Shown here one piece after another: positions 39,380 to 46,832 of a stretch of DNA of 46,832 nt. The stretch covers positions 1-46,832 of the forward strand of contig CAYHRD010000001.1 of NCBI GenBank assembly GCA_964358925.1. Reading direction: 5' to 3'. The translations under genes and the position numbers were made by a program. This stretch comes from an uncultured Sulfurimonas sp. (GTDB lineage: Bacteria > Campylobacterota > Campylobacteria > Campylobacterales > Sulfurimonadaceae). Positions within the stretch are counted from its first letter, which is position 1, and every line of letters starts with the position of its first letter. The notes below the pieces were generated by a model, which did no database searches, was not told where the DNA came from, and saw only the letters and a program-made list of their open reading frames with translations.

Positions 39380-40066
39380 TTAAAACCAGAATCTCACTCC
39401 AGTTACTGCATATGCTTCATCTAATGATGAAATATCATTTGTATTTCCAAAATTTTTACTCCATTGGATTCCTATATAAGGTGCAAATTCTCTTGTAAAT
39501 TCATATCTCAATCTGGCATCTAAGGTGATATTTGAAAAGCCACTTCCAATAGCCATTTCTTCATTGTTTTTTGTATAAGCAGATATTTGAGCACTTGGAC
39601 TTAATATAAGTTTTTGTGTCAACAATGCATCATATTCTGCTTCAATTCTTAACCCAATATTTCCATCCTCTCCTATTAAAAGTACGGTTCTTGTTTCAAA
39701 GAAATATTTAGCTAAGCCTTGCAATCCTATAATACCCCATGTTTGATGAGCTTTTTCATTTTTATCATAATCAATACCAACTTGTACATCCCAAAAAGGA
39801 AAAACTGCTCTTGAATAAACTAATTGATTTTCGCTTTGAGCAGATTTATTTTTAACTTTTTCCCCTTCCGAATAAATATAAATCTTATTTATATCGTATC
39901 CGGCATATCCATATACATTCCATGCAGTTGCTTTTTCATCGCTAAATTGATATTCAAGTTTATCAACAACTAAAGAACTTCTAAAAACATCGCCTCCATC
40001 CTCCATTGAAAAACTATTTGTTACAAAAAAGCCTACTAATGATAATGCTAATACTATTTTTTTCAT
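39380..40066 (-). CDS. copB: Copper resistance protein B (outer membrane)
   Basis: VDKLEYQ, PFWDVQVG, GLQGLA.YFFE, YDALLTQKLILSP, RLRYEFTREFAPYIG, GVRFWF. Confidence 0.92.
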   Translation of the reverse strand: MKKIVLALSLVGFFVTNSFSMEDGGDVFRSSLVVDKLEYQFSDEKATAWNVYGYAGYDINKIYIYSEGEKVKNKSAQSENQLVYSRAVFPFWDVQVGIDYDKNEKAHQTWGIIGLQGLAKYFFETRTVLLIGEDGNIGLRIEAEYDALLTQKLILSPSAQISAYTKNNEEMAIGSGFSNITLDARLRYEFTREFAPYIGIQWSKNFGNTNDISSLDEAYAVTGVRFWF

Positions 40067-40078
40067 AATAAAACTCCT

Positions 40079-41842
40079 TTAAGATACTATTACTTTTCTA
40101 AACATATCTGTCATATGATAAAGCAAGTGACAATGATAAGCCCAAGAACCTTTTGCATCCACATTTACCCTAAAACTTATTTTTGAACCCGGTTGCACAA
40201 TGATTGTGTGTTTTCTTGGTAAATAATTGTCATCACCTGTTTCTAAATCACTCCACATACCGTGTAAATGCATAGGGTGATTCATCATAGTGTCATTAAT
40301 ATATGTTATTCTTAATCTCTCTCCATATTTGAATTCTAAAGGTTTGGCATCCTTGTAAGCTATACCATTTATAGACCACATATATCTTTGCATATTTCCT
40401 GTAAGTCTTAAAATTATCTCTCTATCAGGATATTTATCATGTGTGGTAGGAGTTAATGATTTCAAATCTGCATATGTTAAAACTTTTCTACCATTATTTC
40501 TAAGTCCTACACCGGGGTCATTAAGTCTATATTGTGGATCCATAGCTACTGTATCTATTTGAACACCTGCTGCTTCTTCAAGTCTATTAATTGGTATTTC
40601 TTTTTTTTGATTATTAATTCCTGACATATCATGTCCCATTTTTGAATGTTCTATAGGCGCATTTATTGATTCTGATTTGCTCATCGCAGACATATCATGT
40701 TCTGAACTACTCATATCACTTGTTCCACCCATACCCATATCAGCATGTGTTAAAATCGGAAAAGGATCCATTTGTGGAGTTTGTGCAATTACTTTTTCAT
40801 CAAAAGTTAATGCTCCAAGCGCATAGCCACTTCTATCAATACTTTGAGCAAAAATAGCATAAGCTTTATTTGCTTCCGGCTCTACTATTACATCATAAGT
40901 TTCAGCGACACCCATCCTAAACTCATCAACACTTACGGGTTGAATATTATTTCCATCAGCTGCAATTACTGTTATCTTAAGACCAGGAATTCTTACATCA
41001 AAAAATGTCATAGCAGCACTATTTATGAATCTTAATCTAATTTTTTCTCCATTTTTAAATAGTGCTTTAAAGCCTGTAGCCGGATTTTCTCCATTCATTA
41101 AGTATGTATATGTATATCCTGATACATCTGAAATATCCCTATCTGTCATTTTCATTTCATTCCACATTTTTCTTTCATTAAATGCTTCAAAAAAACCTTT
41201 TTCTTTTACTTCATCAAAGAAATCTCCAACAGTTCGTTGTTTAAAATTATAATAAGAAGAAGAGAGTTTTATTTTTCTGTAAACTGAAGATGGTTTTTCA
41301 TCTGACCAATCTGATAATGAAATTACATATTCTCTATCGTATTCATATGGGTCTTTTACTTTTGGCTCGATTATAATTGCGCCAAAAATACCGGTCTGTT
41401 CTTGAAAACCAGAGTGTGAATGATACCAATAAGTTCCACTTTGAACTATTGGAAAGCTATATGTAAATGTTTCTCCAGGTTTAATACCACTAAAACTAAT
41501 TCCAGGAACGCCATCCATAGCAGCAGGTAAAATAATTCCATGCCAATGAATAGATGTATCTTCATTAAGATTATTAGTTACATTTATCGTAACAGTATCT
41601 CCTTCTTTCCATCTAAGGATTGGACCACTTAGCATTCCATTTATTGTTGTAGCGATACTTGGATTACCTGTAATATTTACATAAGTATTTTCAATACTTA
41701 AATTAAATATATTTCCACTTAACTCATTAGTTTTAATACGAGTTGATATGTTAGAATTCGAACTTAGGCTTGACGGCGTAGAAGCAATTATACTTGTTGC
41801 CAAAATACCTTTTACAAATGTTCTTCTATCTATATTATTCAT
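40079..41842 (-). CDS. copA: Tat-exported copper-resistance multicopper oxidase (CopA/PcoA family)
   Basis: Tat signal DRRTFVKG; HWHG, WYHSH, HPMHLHG, HCHLLYH; Met/His-rich linker. Confidence 0.95.
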   Translation of the reverse strand: MNNIDRRTFVKGILATSIIASTPSSLSSNSNISTRIKTNELSGNIFNLSIENTYVNITGNPSIATTINGMLSGPILRWKEGDTVTINVTNNLNEDTSIHWHGIILPAAMDGVPGISFSGIKPGETFTYSFPIVQSGTYWYHSHSGFQEQTGIFGAIIIEPKVKDPYEYDREYVISLSDWSDEKPSSVYRKIKLSSSYYNFKQRTVGDFFDEVKEKGFFEAFNERKMWNEMKMTDRDISDVSGYTYTYLMNGENPATGFKALFKNGEKIRLRFINSAAMTFFDVRIPGLKITVIAADGNNIQPVSVDEFRMGVAETYDVIVEPEANKAYAIFAQSIDRSGYALGALTFDEKVIAQTPQMDPFPILTHADMGMGGTSDMSSSEHDMSAMSKSESINAPIEHSKMGHDMSGINNQKKEIPINRLEEAAGVQIDTVAMDPQYRLNDPGVGLRNNGRKVLTYADLKSLTPTTHDKYPDREIILRLTGNMQRYMWSINGIAYKDAKPLEFKYGERLRITYINDTMMNHPMHLHGMWSDLETGDDNYLPRKHTIIVQPGSKISFRVNVDAKGSWAYHCHLLYHMTDMFRKVIVS

Positions 41843-41910
41843 AAGAAAACTCCTTTTTTATTCATATTCAATATAATACTATTTATATGAGGAATGAATG
41901 TATAGTTTTT

Positions 41911-43305
41911 TCAAGCGATGCTTTTTGTCTCTATAACTGTTTTTTCATTTCTATGATTGTAAATTTTCTCTTTTGAAATAGACGAATCTCCGAGAATCTT
42001 TTGAGCCGCCATCAGCCCCGTCTCCATAGCGGTATCAAGAAATATGTATCTAAATGTTCCTTGTCTTCCCGCCATCACAAGATTGTTAAATCTATTTAGG
42101 TATTTGATAGTGTCATCCCTTTTTATATCGTAATTTATATCCATTAAGGTATAAGCATGCTGGGCACTAAAAGAGAAGCTTTCGATTATCTTATCTTCAA
42201 TATCAAAACCTAGTTTTTTTAAATCACATATTACGATTTTTAAAAGCTCCTCTTTATCCATATTCCAAATTTTGTCATTTTTGTTGCAGGGAATCTCAAG
42301 CATTATGGAACTTTTGCCTTTTGGAGACATAAACCCCGACCTTCTTTTTGGTTCTTGTATCCTTGTGGGTAAAAGTTCATAATCACTTACATACTGCCAA
42401 GTGTGAGGTGAAAAATCTTCAATGTCTAAACCGATACATAAAAATCTAAGGCTTCTGAATTTCAAACCGCTCTCATATCCCATTTTTAAAGACATTTCGT
42501 TAAGCGGCATGGTTGAAATGATGTTGTCGGCTTTAAAACTGTTATTTTGCGTATGAACGGCTGTAATGGAGTTGTTCGTATATTCAAAATTCGTTACTTC
42601 TGAATCAAGAAATATTTTCCCGCCCAAAGCCTCAAACCTTTGTGCCATCTTCTTTGGAAGTTCTCCAAATCCGTATTTGGGATATCTATAGCTTTTGGCA
42701 TAAGTTCTCACCGTTTTTTTATTTTTAAACAGCAGCTTTTTTGCAACATCTTTTAAATCAAGCAGTGAAATCCTCTGTCCTGCCCAGTCGGCGCTCAAGT
42801 CTTTTGGTTCTATTCCCCATAGTTTTTTTGTATATGGAGCAAAAAAATTCTTATACAGAGTTGCTCCAAACCTTGATGTTATCCATGCCTCAAAACTTTT
42901 ATCGTCAGGCTTTACTAATTTTATTAAAATTTTCAAGGTATCGAAAAGTGCGCCAAAAAGAAGTTTTAAAGGAGCTGTTTTTAGAAGATTTTTCAAATTT
43001 AGCGGATACTCGTAAACTCTGTTTTGGTGAAGTATGACGGAGCTTCTCTGGGCAATTAAAAGATTATCGCCTAAAATCTCTTCCACAAAAGAAAGAAGAG
43101 CCTCATTGTTTGTAATAAATCTGTGTCCGCCGTAGTCAAATCTATATTTGTCATCTCCTATCTTTAAAACCTCGGTTCTGCATTGCCCGCCGACACTTGA
43201 CTCTTTTTCTAAAAGTATTACACTCTTTTTCTCTTCTAAAAGTTTTATACCAGCCATCAGCCCGGCAACTCCGCCTCCGATAATCAAAACATCGCTATTT
43301 TGCAT
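41911..43305 (-). CDS. FAD-dependent oxidoreductase, UDP-galactopyranose mutase/HemY-like family (464 aa)
   Basis: GGGVAG Rossmann motif, GGQCRT, FDYGGHRF, YTKKLWG, YPKYGFG, GRQGTFRY; ATG 43305 overlaps the FTR1 stop. Confidence 0.85.
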   Translation of the reverse strand: MQNSDVLIIGGGVAGLMAGIKLLEEKKSVILLEKESSVGGQCRTEVLKIGDDKYRFDYGGHRFITNNEALLSFVEEILGDNLLIAQRSSVILHQNRVYEYPLNLKNLLKTAPLKLLFGALFDTLKILIKLVKPDDKSFEAWITSRFGATLYKNFFAPYTKKLWGIEPKDLSADWAGQRISLLDLKDVAKKLLFKNKKTVRTYAKSYRYPKYGFGELPKKMAQRFEALGGKIFLDSEVTNFEYTNNSITAVHTQNNSFKADNIISTMPLNEMSLKMGYESGLKFRSLRFLCIGLDIEDFSPHTWQYVSDYELLPTRIQEPKRRSGFMSPKGKSSIMLEIPCNKNDKIWNMDKEELLKIVICDLKKLGFDIEDKIIESFSFSAQHAYTLMDINYDIKRDDTIKYLNRFNNLVMAGRQGTFRYIFLDTAMETGLMAAQKILGDSSISKEKIYNHRNEKTVIETKSIA

Positions 43306-44110
43306 TTGAGTATGCTCTCTTCCATAATATAAGCGCGCTTGACATATAGAGAATCCAAGAGAGCAGATGTAGCAGCGAAGGAGAGGAGTTGTACCCAAAG
43401 AGCGCTCTTAAAAAAGTTCCGATTAAACCTCTGTCATCCAAGATATGCGATATATCGTAAACGCTTGACATAAGGACAGGAGCCAATCCGCTTGCCTGCA
43501 TCATAGAGACGGCACTTCCGAAAAGCCCACCCGCTATTATCAAAATCAGAAGCGAGGTGTATTTGAAAAATGCTTTTATAGGGATGTTTTTTACGCCCCT
43601 CATAAGAGCATAAACCAAAATTACAGATACGATAATCCCCAAAGAAGCACCGATAAGTCCCTCTTCTGCGCTTATATTTTCTCCTATGCTAAGTGAGGAG
43701 AAAAAGAGTACGCTCTCAAATCCTTCTCTTAAAACCGCCAAAAATGCTAAAAACACCATACCGGCTATATTGCCCGCCGTTACTAAACGCTCCAGATTTT
43801 CTTCTATCTCACCTTTTATCTGTTTTGATTGGTTCGACATCCAAAAAACCATATAAGATAAAACAACCGTTGCAAAAAGCAGAATAAAAATCATTAAATA
43901 GTGCTGATAAAGTTCATTTTCTATTCCGTAAATCACGACTTGAAAGATATATGCAATGATGAGCGAAACTGCAATCCCGATAATTACGCCCAAATAGATA
44001 TATTTGTCATATTGTTTTACTTGAAGCCGACTTAAATAAGAGAGAATAATCCCTACTATTAAAAAAGCCTCTAACCCTTCTCTCAGCGTTATTAAAAAAC
44101 TTGCTAACAT
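43295..44110 (-). CDS. FTR1/EfeU-family high-affinity iron permease
   Basis: Seven TM segments with twin REGLE and REGFE motifs; ALFGY. Confidence 0.95.
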   Translation of the reverse strand: MLASFLITLREGLEAFLIVGIILSYLSRLQVKQYDKYIYLGVIIGIAVSLIIAYIFQVVIYGIENELYQHYLMIFILLFATVVLSYMVFWMSNQSKQIKGEIEENLERLVTAGNIAGMVFLAFLAVLREGFESVLFFSSLSIGENISAEEGLIGASLGIIVSVILVYALMRGVKNIPIKAFFKYTSLLILIIAGGLFGSAVSMMQASGLAPVLMSSVYDISHILDDRGLIGTFLRALFGYNSSPSLLHLLSWILYMSSALILWKRAYSNAK

Positions 44111-44123
44111 TCTATTCCTTGCA

Positions 44124-44150
44124 GATAATTATAATAATCGTTATCATTAT
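44124..44150. promoter_or_regulatory. Fur-like box in the divergent FTR1/feoA intergenic region
   Basis: TAATAATCGTTATCA (44132-44146, 2 mismatches) within GATAAT-like hexamers, overlapping a minus-strand TATAAT. Confidence 0.7.
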
Positions 44151-44279
44151 AGTTTATTAAAAATAAAAAGTTTCTTAAATTTGCATACGAATTGAAAAAT
44201 TATTAAATAAATCTATGCCAAATTAAACAATAATCTAAATTTCTCTATAATTAGGTACTTGAAAATAAGCAGAGAAAAT

Positions 44280-44534
44280 ATGTCTGATAAAATAGATAAT
44301 AATAAAATAAAAAAATTAAGCGATTGTAAAAAAGCGTGTATAGTGAAAATTACTAAATTAAATGCCGATTCAGAGCTTAAGCGAAGACTTATATCTTTTG
44401 GAATTATGAAAGATGCGGTTGTTGAAGTGCTTGAACTTGCTCCCGCAAAAAGTACGATAGAGATAAAAGTCGGCAAAATGAGAATAGCTCTTCGAGCCCA
44501 AGAGGCTGATTTGATAGAGGTTTCAAAAATATGA
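44280..44534 (+). CDS. feoA: Ferrous iron transport protein A
   Basis: LKRRLISFGI, AP, IALRAQEA.LIEV; overlaps the feoB start. Confidence 0.92.
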   Translation: MSDKIDNNKIKKLSDCKKACIVKITKLNADSELKRRLISFGIMKDAVVEVLELAPAKSTIEIKVGKMRIALRAQEADLIEVSKI

Positions 44535-46669
44535 ATAAAAATGTAAAAGTTTGTCCGATAACTGCAAAACATATAAAAGTGGCATTGGTCGGTCAGCCAA
44601 ATGTCGGTAAAAGTATGCTCATAAACTCTATCTCAAATGCAAATTTGCATGTAGGAAATTTTACGGGTGTAACGGTTGAGAAGAGCGAAGTATTATTTGA
44701 TTATAAAGATTATCATTTTACCGTAGTCGACTTGCCGGGAACTTATGCTTTGAGCGATTATTCCATCGAAGAGAGGGTAACAAGCGAATATCTTTCAACT
44801 CAAGATTATGATTTGATTATAAATGTAGTCGATTCTACAAATCTGGAAAAAAATCTTCAACTGACTTCTGAATTGATGAGTGTAGGTAAAAAGATGTTAG
44901 TTGCACTCAATATGAGCGATGAAGCTAAGAAAGAGGGTATGGAGGTAGATGATAAGCAAATGTCTTTGCTTCTTGGTTTTTCATGCGTAAAAGTTTCTGC
45001 CGCAACAAAAGAGGGCATAGGCGAACTAATAGAAGCAATAATAAAAGAGTATGAAAATGAAACTATGGAGCATAAGCTTATCTTTAGTGAAGCGGTTGAA
45101 GAGGAGATATCTATAATAGTCGATTATTTAACCAAACACAAATATGAAGATGAAAATTCATATAGAAACATAGCGATAAATCTTCTAAAAAACAGTAAAA
45201 AAACATATGCAAAACTTCACGATGACCCTATTTGGACGGAGTTGCAGCCGATTCTTATCGAGGCATCCAAACATATTGAGTTGCATCATGATTGTGATGA
45301 TATAAAAGAAGCTTTTGCTTCAGAATATGCTTCATTTAACAGAGGAGTAGTTGCTGAGGTTGTAAAACAAAGTAGAGAGCCGGAGAAAAAAACACTTACC
45401 GATAAAATTGATTCTGTTTTGATACATCAACTATTGGGTATACCGATATTTCTATTTTTTATGTGGGCACTTTTTCAACTTACATTTAAGATAGGTTCTA
45501 TTCCGATGGAGTGGATTGATGCTTTTTTTTCTTGGTTTGGCGAGACGGTAGGTGCTACTATATCTAACGATGATGTTCGCTCGCTTGTAGTCGACGGAGT
45601 AATATCGGGTGTCGGTGCGGTTGTTCTTTTTGTTCCAAATATTGCCATACTGTTTATCGGTATCGCTCTTTTGGAGAGTACGGGCTATATGTCAAGAGTT
45701 GCATTTTTGCTTGACGGTTTTTTTCATAAATTCGGTCTTCACGGGCAGTCGTTCATACCGCTTGTAACTGGGTTTGGCTGTTCTATTCCTGCTTATATGA
45801 GCGCGAGGATTTTAAAAAATGACCGTGACAGACTTTTAACTCTCTTTATAATCGGGTTTATGAGTTGCGGAGCAAGACTTCCCGTGTATGTTCTCTTTGC
45901 GGGCGCATTTTTCTCAGAGAGTATGGCGGGAAATATCCTTTTTGCTATCTATATAACAGGTGCTATGCTTGGGCTTTTTGCCGCAAAAATATTAAAACTA
46001 ACTGCTTTTAAAGGTATAGATGAGCCGTTTGTTATGGAGATGCCGAAATATAGACTTCCGTCAGTTAAGTTGATTTGGCATACAGTCGTTACAAAAACTT
46101 TGATGTATTTGAAAAAAGCAGGTACTTTTATTGCGGCGGCTTCAATGATTATATGGTTTTTAAGCAACTATCCTCATAATTTAAAACTCAAAGAAGAGTA
46201 TGGCAAAAAAATTGAAAATGCTATAAATGAAGATGAGAAAAAAGAGCTTGCAAACAGATTTTCTGAAGCTAATTTAGAACAGAGTTATTTAGGTCAAATC
46301 GGTAAGTTCTCAGAGCCGATTTTTGCACCGCTTGGATTTGACTGGAAAATGAGTGTAGCCCTTCAAACGGGACTTGCCGCAAAAGAAGTCGTTGTTTCAA
46401 CACTTGGCGTTTTATACTCGCTCGGTAATGAGGTAAATGAGGAAGATAGTTCGCTAAAAGAGATAATATCTAAAAACATTCCGTTTCCATCAGCAGTTGC
46501 GTTTATAGTCGTAGTAATGATATACCTGCCGTGTTTGGCAGCATCGGTCGTATTTACGCGTGAAGCCGGCGGTATAAAATACTTCTTTTATCTTTTGGCA
46601 CTAACATCCGTAGTAGCATATACGCTTGCATTTATAGCGTTTAATGTTACATCCGCCTTTTATAATTGA
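44531..46669 (+). CDS. feoB: Ferrous iron transport protein B
   Basis: GQPNVGKS, GNFTGVTVE, DLPGTY, LESTGYMSR, GFGCS, FMSCGARLP, FVMEMP.Y, AKEVVV, YLPC. Confidence 0.97.
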   Translation: MNKNVKVCPITAKHIKVALVGQPNVGKSMLINSISNANLHVGNFTGVTVEKSEVLFDYKDYHFTVVDLPGTYALSDYSIEERVTSEYLSTQDYDLIINVVDSTNLEKNLQLTSELMSVGKKMLVALNMSDEAKKEGMEVDDKQMSLLLGFSCVKVSAATKEGIGELIEAIIKEYENETMEHKLIFSEAVEEEISIIVDYLTKHKYEDENSYRNIAINLLKNSKKTYAKLHDDPIWTELQPILIEASKHIELHHDCDDIKEAFASEYASFNRGVVAEVVKQSREPEKKTLTDKIDSVLIHQLLGIPIFLFFMWALFQLTFKIGSIPMEWIDAFFSWFGETVGATISNDDVRSLVVDGVISGVGAVVLFVPNIAILFIGIALLESTGYMSRVAFLLDGFFHKFGLHGQSFIPLVTGFGCSIPAYMSARILKNDRDRLLTLFIIGFMSCGARLPVYVLFAGAFFSESMAGNILFAIYITGAMLGLFAAKILKLTAFKGIDEPFVMEMPKYRLPSVKLIWHTVVTKTLMYLKKAGTFIAAASMIIWFLSNYPHNLKLKEEYGKKIENAINEDEKKELANRFSEANLEQSYLGQIGKFSEPIFAPLGFDWKMSVALQTGLAAKEVVVSTLGVLYSLGNEVNEEDSSLKEIISKNIPFPSAVAFIVVVMIYLPCLAASVVFTREAGGIKYFFYLLALTSVVAYTLAFIAFNVTSAFYN

Positions 46670-46687
46670 AGCCATTAAATCAAGATT

Positions 46688-46832
46688 AGACTGCCGCGTC
46701 ACTTTGTTCCTCGCAGTGACAAATACTCTCGTCATTGCGAGCGAAGCGCGGCAATCTGGGTAACAAGCGCGGCAATCTCTCTCTTTCTCTCAGACTGCCG
46801 CGTCACTTCGTTCCTCGCAGTGACAAATACTC
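46688..46832. repeat. REP-like repeat cluster, family A, running off the window end
   Basis: 41-nt unit at 46688-46728 and 46792-46832 (40/41 identical, 104-nt period) with inverted GTCATTGCGAGCGAAGCGCGGCAATCT between them. Confidence 0.88.

Noticed and set aside
41911-43305. Assigning hemY or glf as the gene symbol
   Set aside because: The motifs identify only the broad flavoprotein family; the substrate cannot be determined from sequence alone.
43306-43398. N-terminal 31 aa of the 495-aa oxidoreductase ORF
   Set aside because: This stretch lies inside FTR1; the Rossmann fold begins right after ATG 43305.
46688-46832. CRISPR array (also considered at 37361-37508 and 27266-27371)
   Set aside because: The intervening sequence consists of inverted copies of the same repeat rather than unique spacers, spacing is irregular, and there are no cas genes.
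28782-46832. Iron island as an integrative mobile element
   Set aside because: No integrase, transposase, tRNA target or flanking direct repeats were seen; only copAB looks compositionally distinct.

Overview
AT-rich bacterial chromosomal segment. Gene order and protein sequences point to Campylobacterota, probably a Sulfurimonas-like free-living lineage (inference). Bases 1-28.7 kb are mostly housekeeping genes: sensor kinase, tal, pilT-like, rplY-pth-lptF/G-lysA-HAD-pheA-hisC-fliFGH-dxs, a VWA protein, a REC-REC-GGDEF regulator, a Pif1-like helicase, ahpC, metK, fdxA-ndk-yceD-rpmF-plsX-fabH, HIT, a DEAD-box helicase, DoxX and a pssA-like gene. Bases 28.8-46.7 kb form an ~18 kb iron/metal island with Fur-box-like 7-1-7 palindromes (TGATAATnATTATCA) before nearly every transcription unit. 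It holds a porin, a small DUF2325/EAL operon, feoAB, and a minus-strand cluster around an FTR1 iron permease that lacks the known FTR1 partners (EfeO/EfeB, P19/FetP, FtrABD). In their place are a 1115-aa fusion (His-bearing membrane domain, beta-propeller, six CxxCH hemes), a 674-aa secreted acidic protein, a 184-aa secreted helical protein, a GT-C-like membrane protein and a UGM/HemY-like flavoprotein. A copAB cassette interrupts the cluster. This cluster is the best candidate for an undescribed system: redox-coupled iron uptake with a possible glycosylation module. Two families of dispersed palindromic repeats are also present. No rRNA, tRNA, CRISPR array or transposase was seen. All family assignments come from motif recognition by eye, not database searches.
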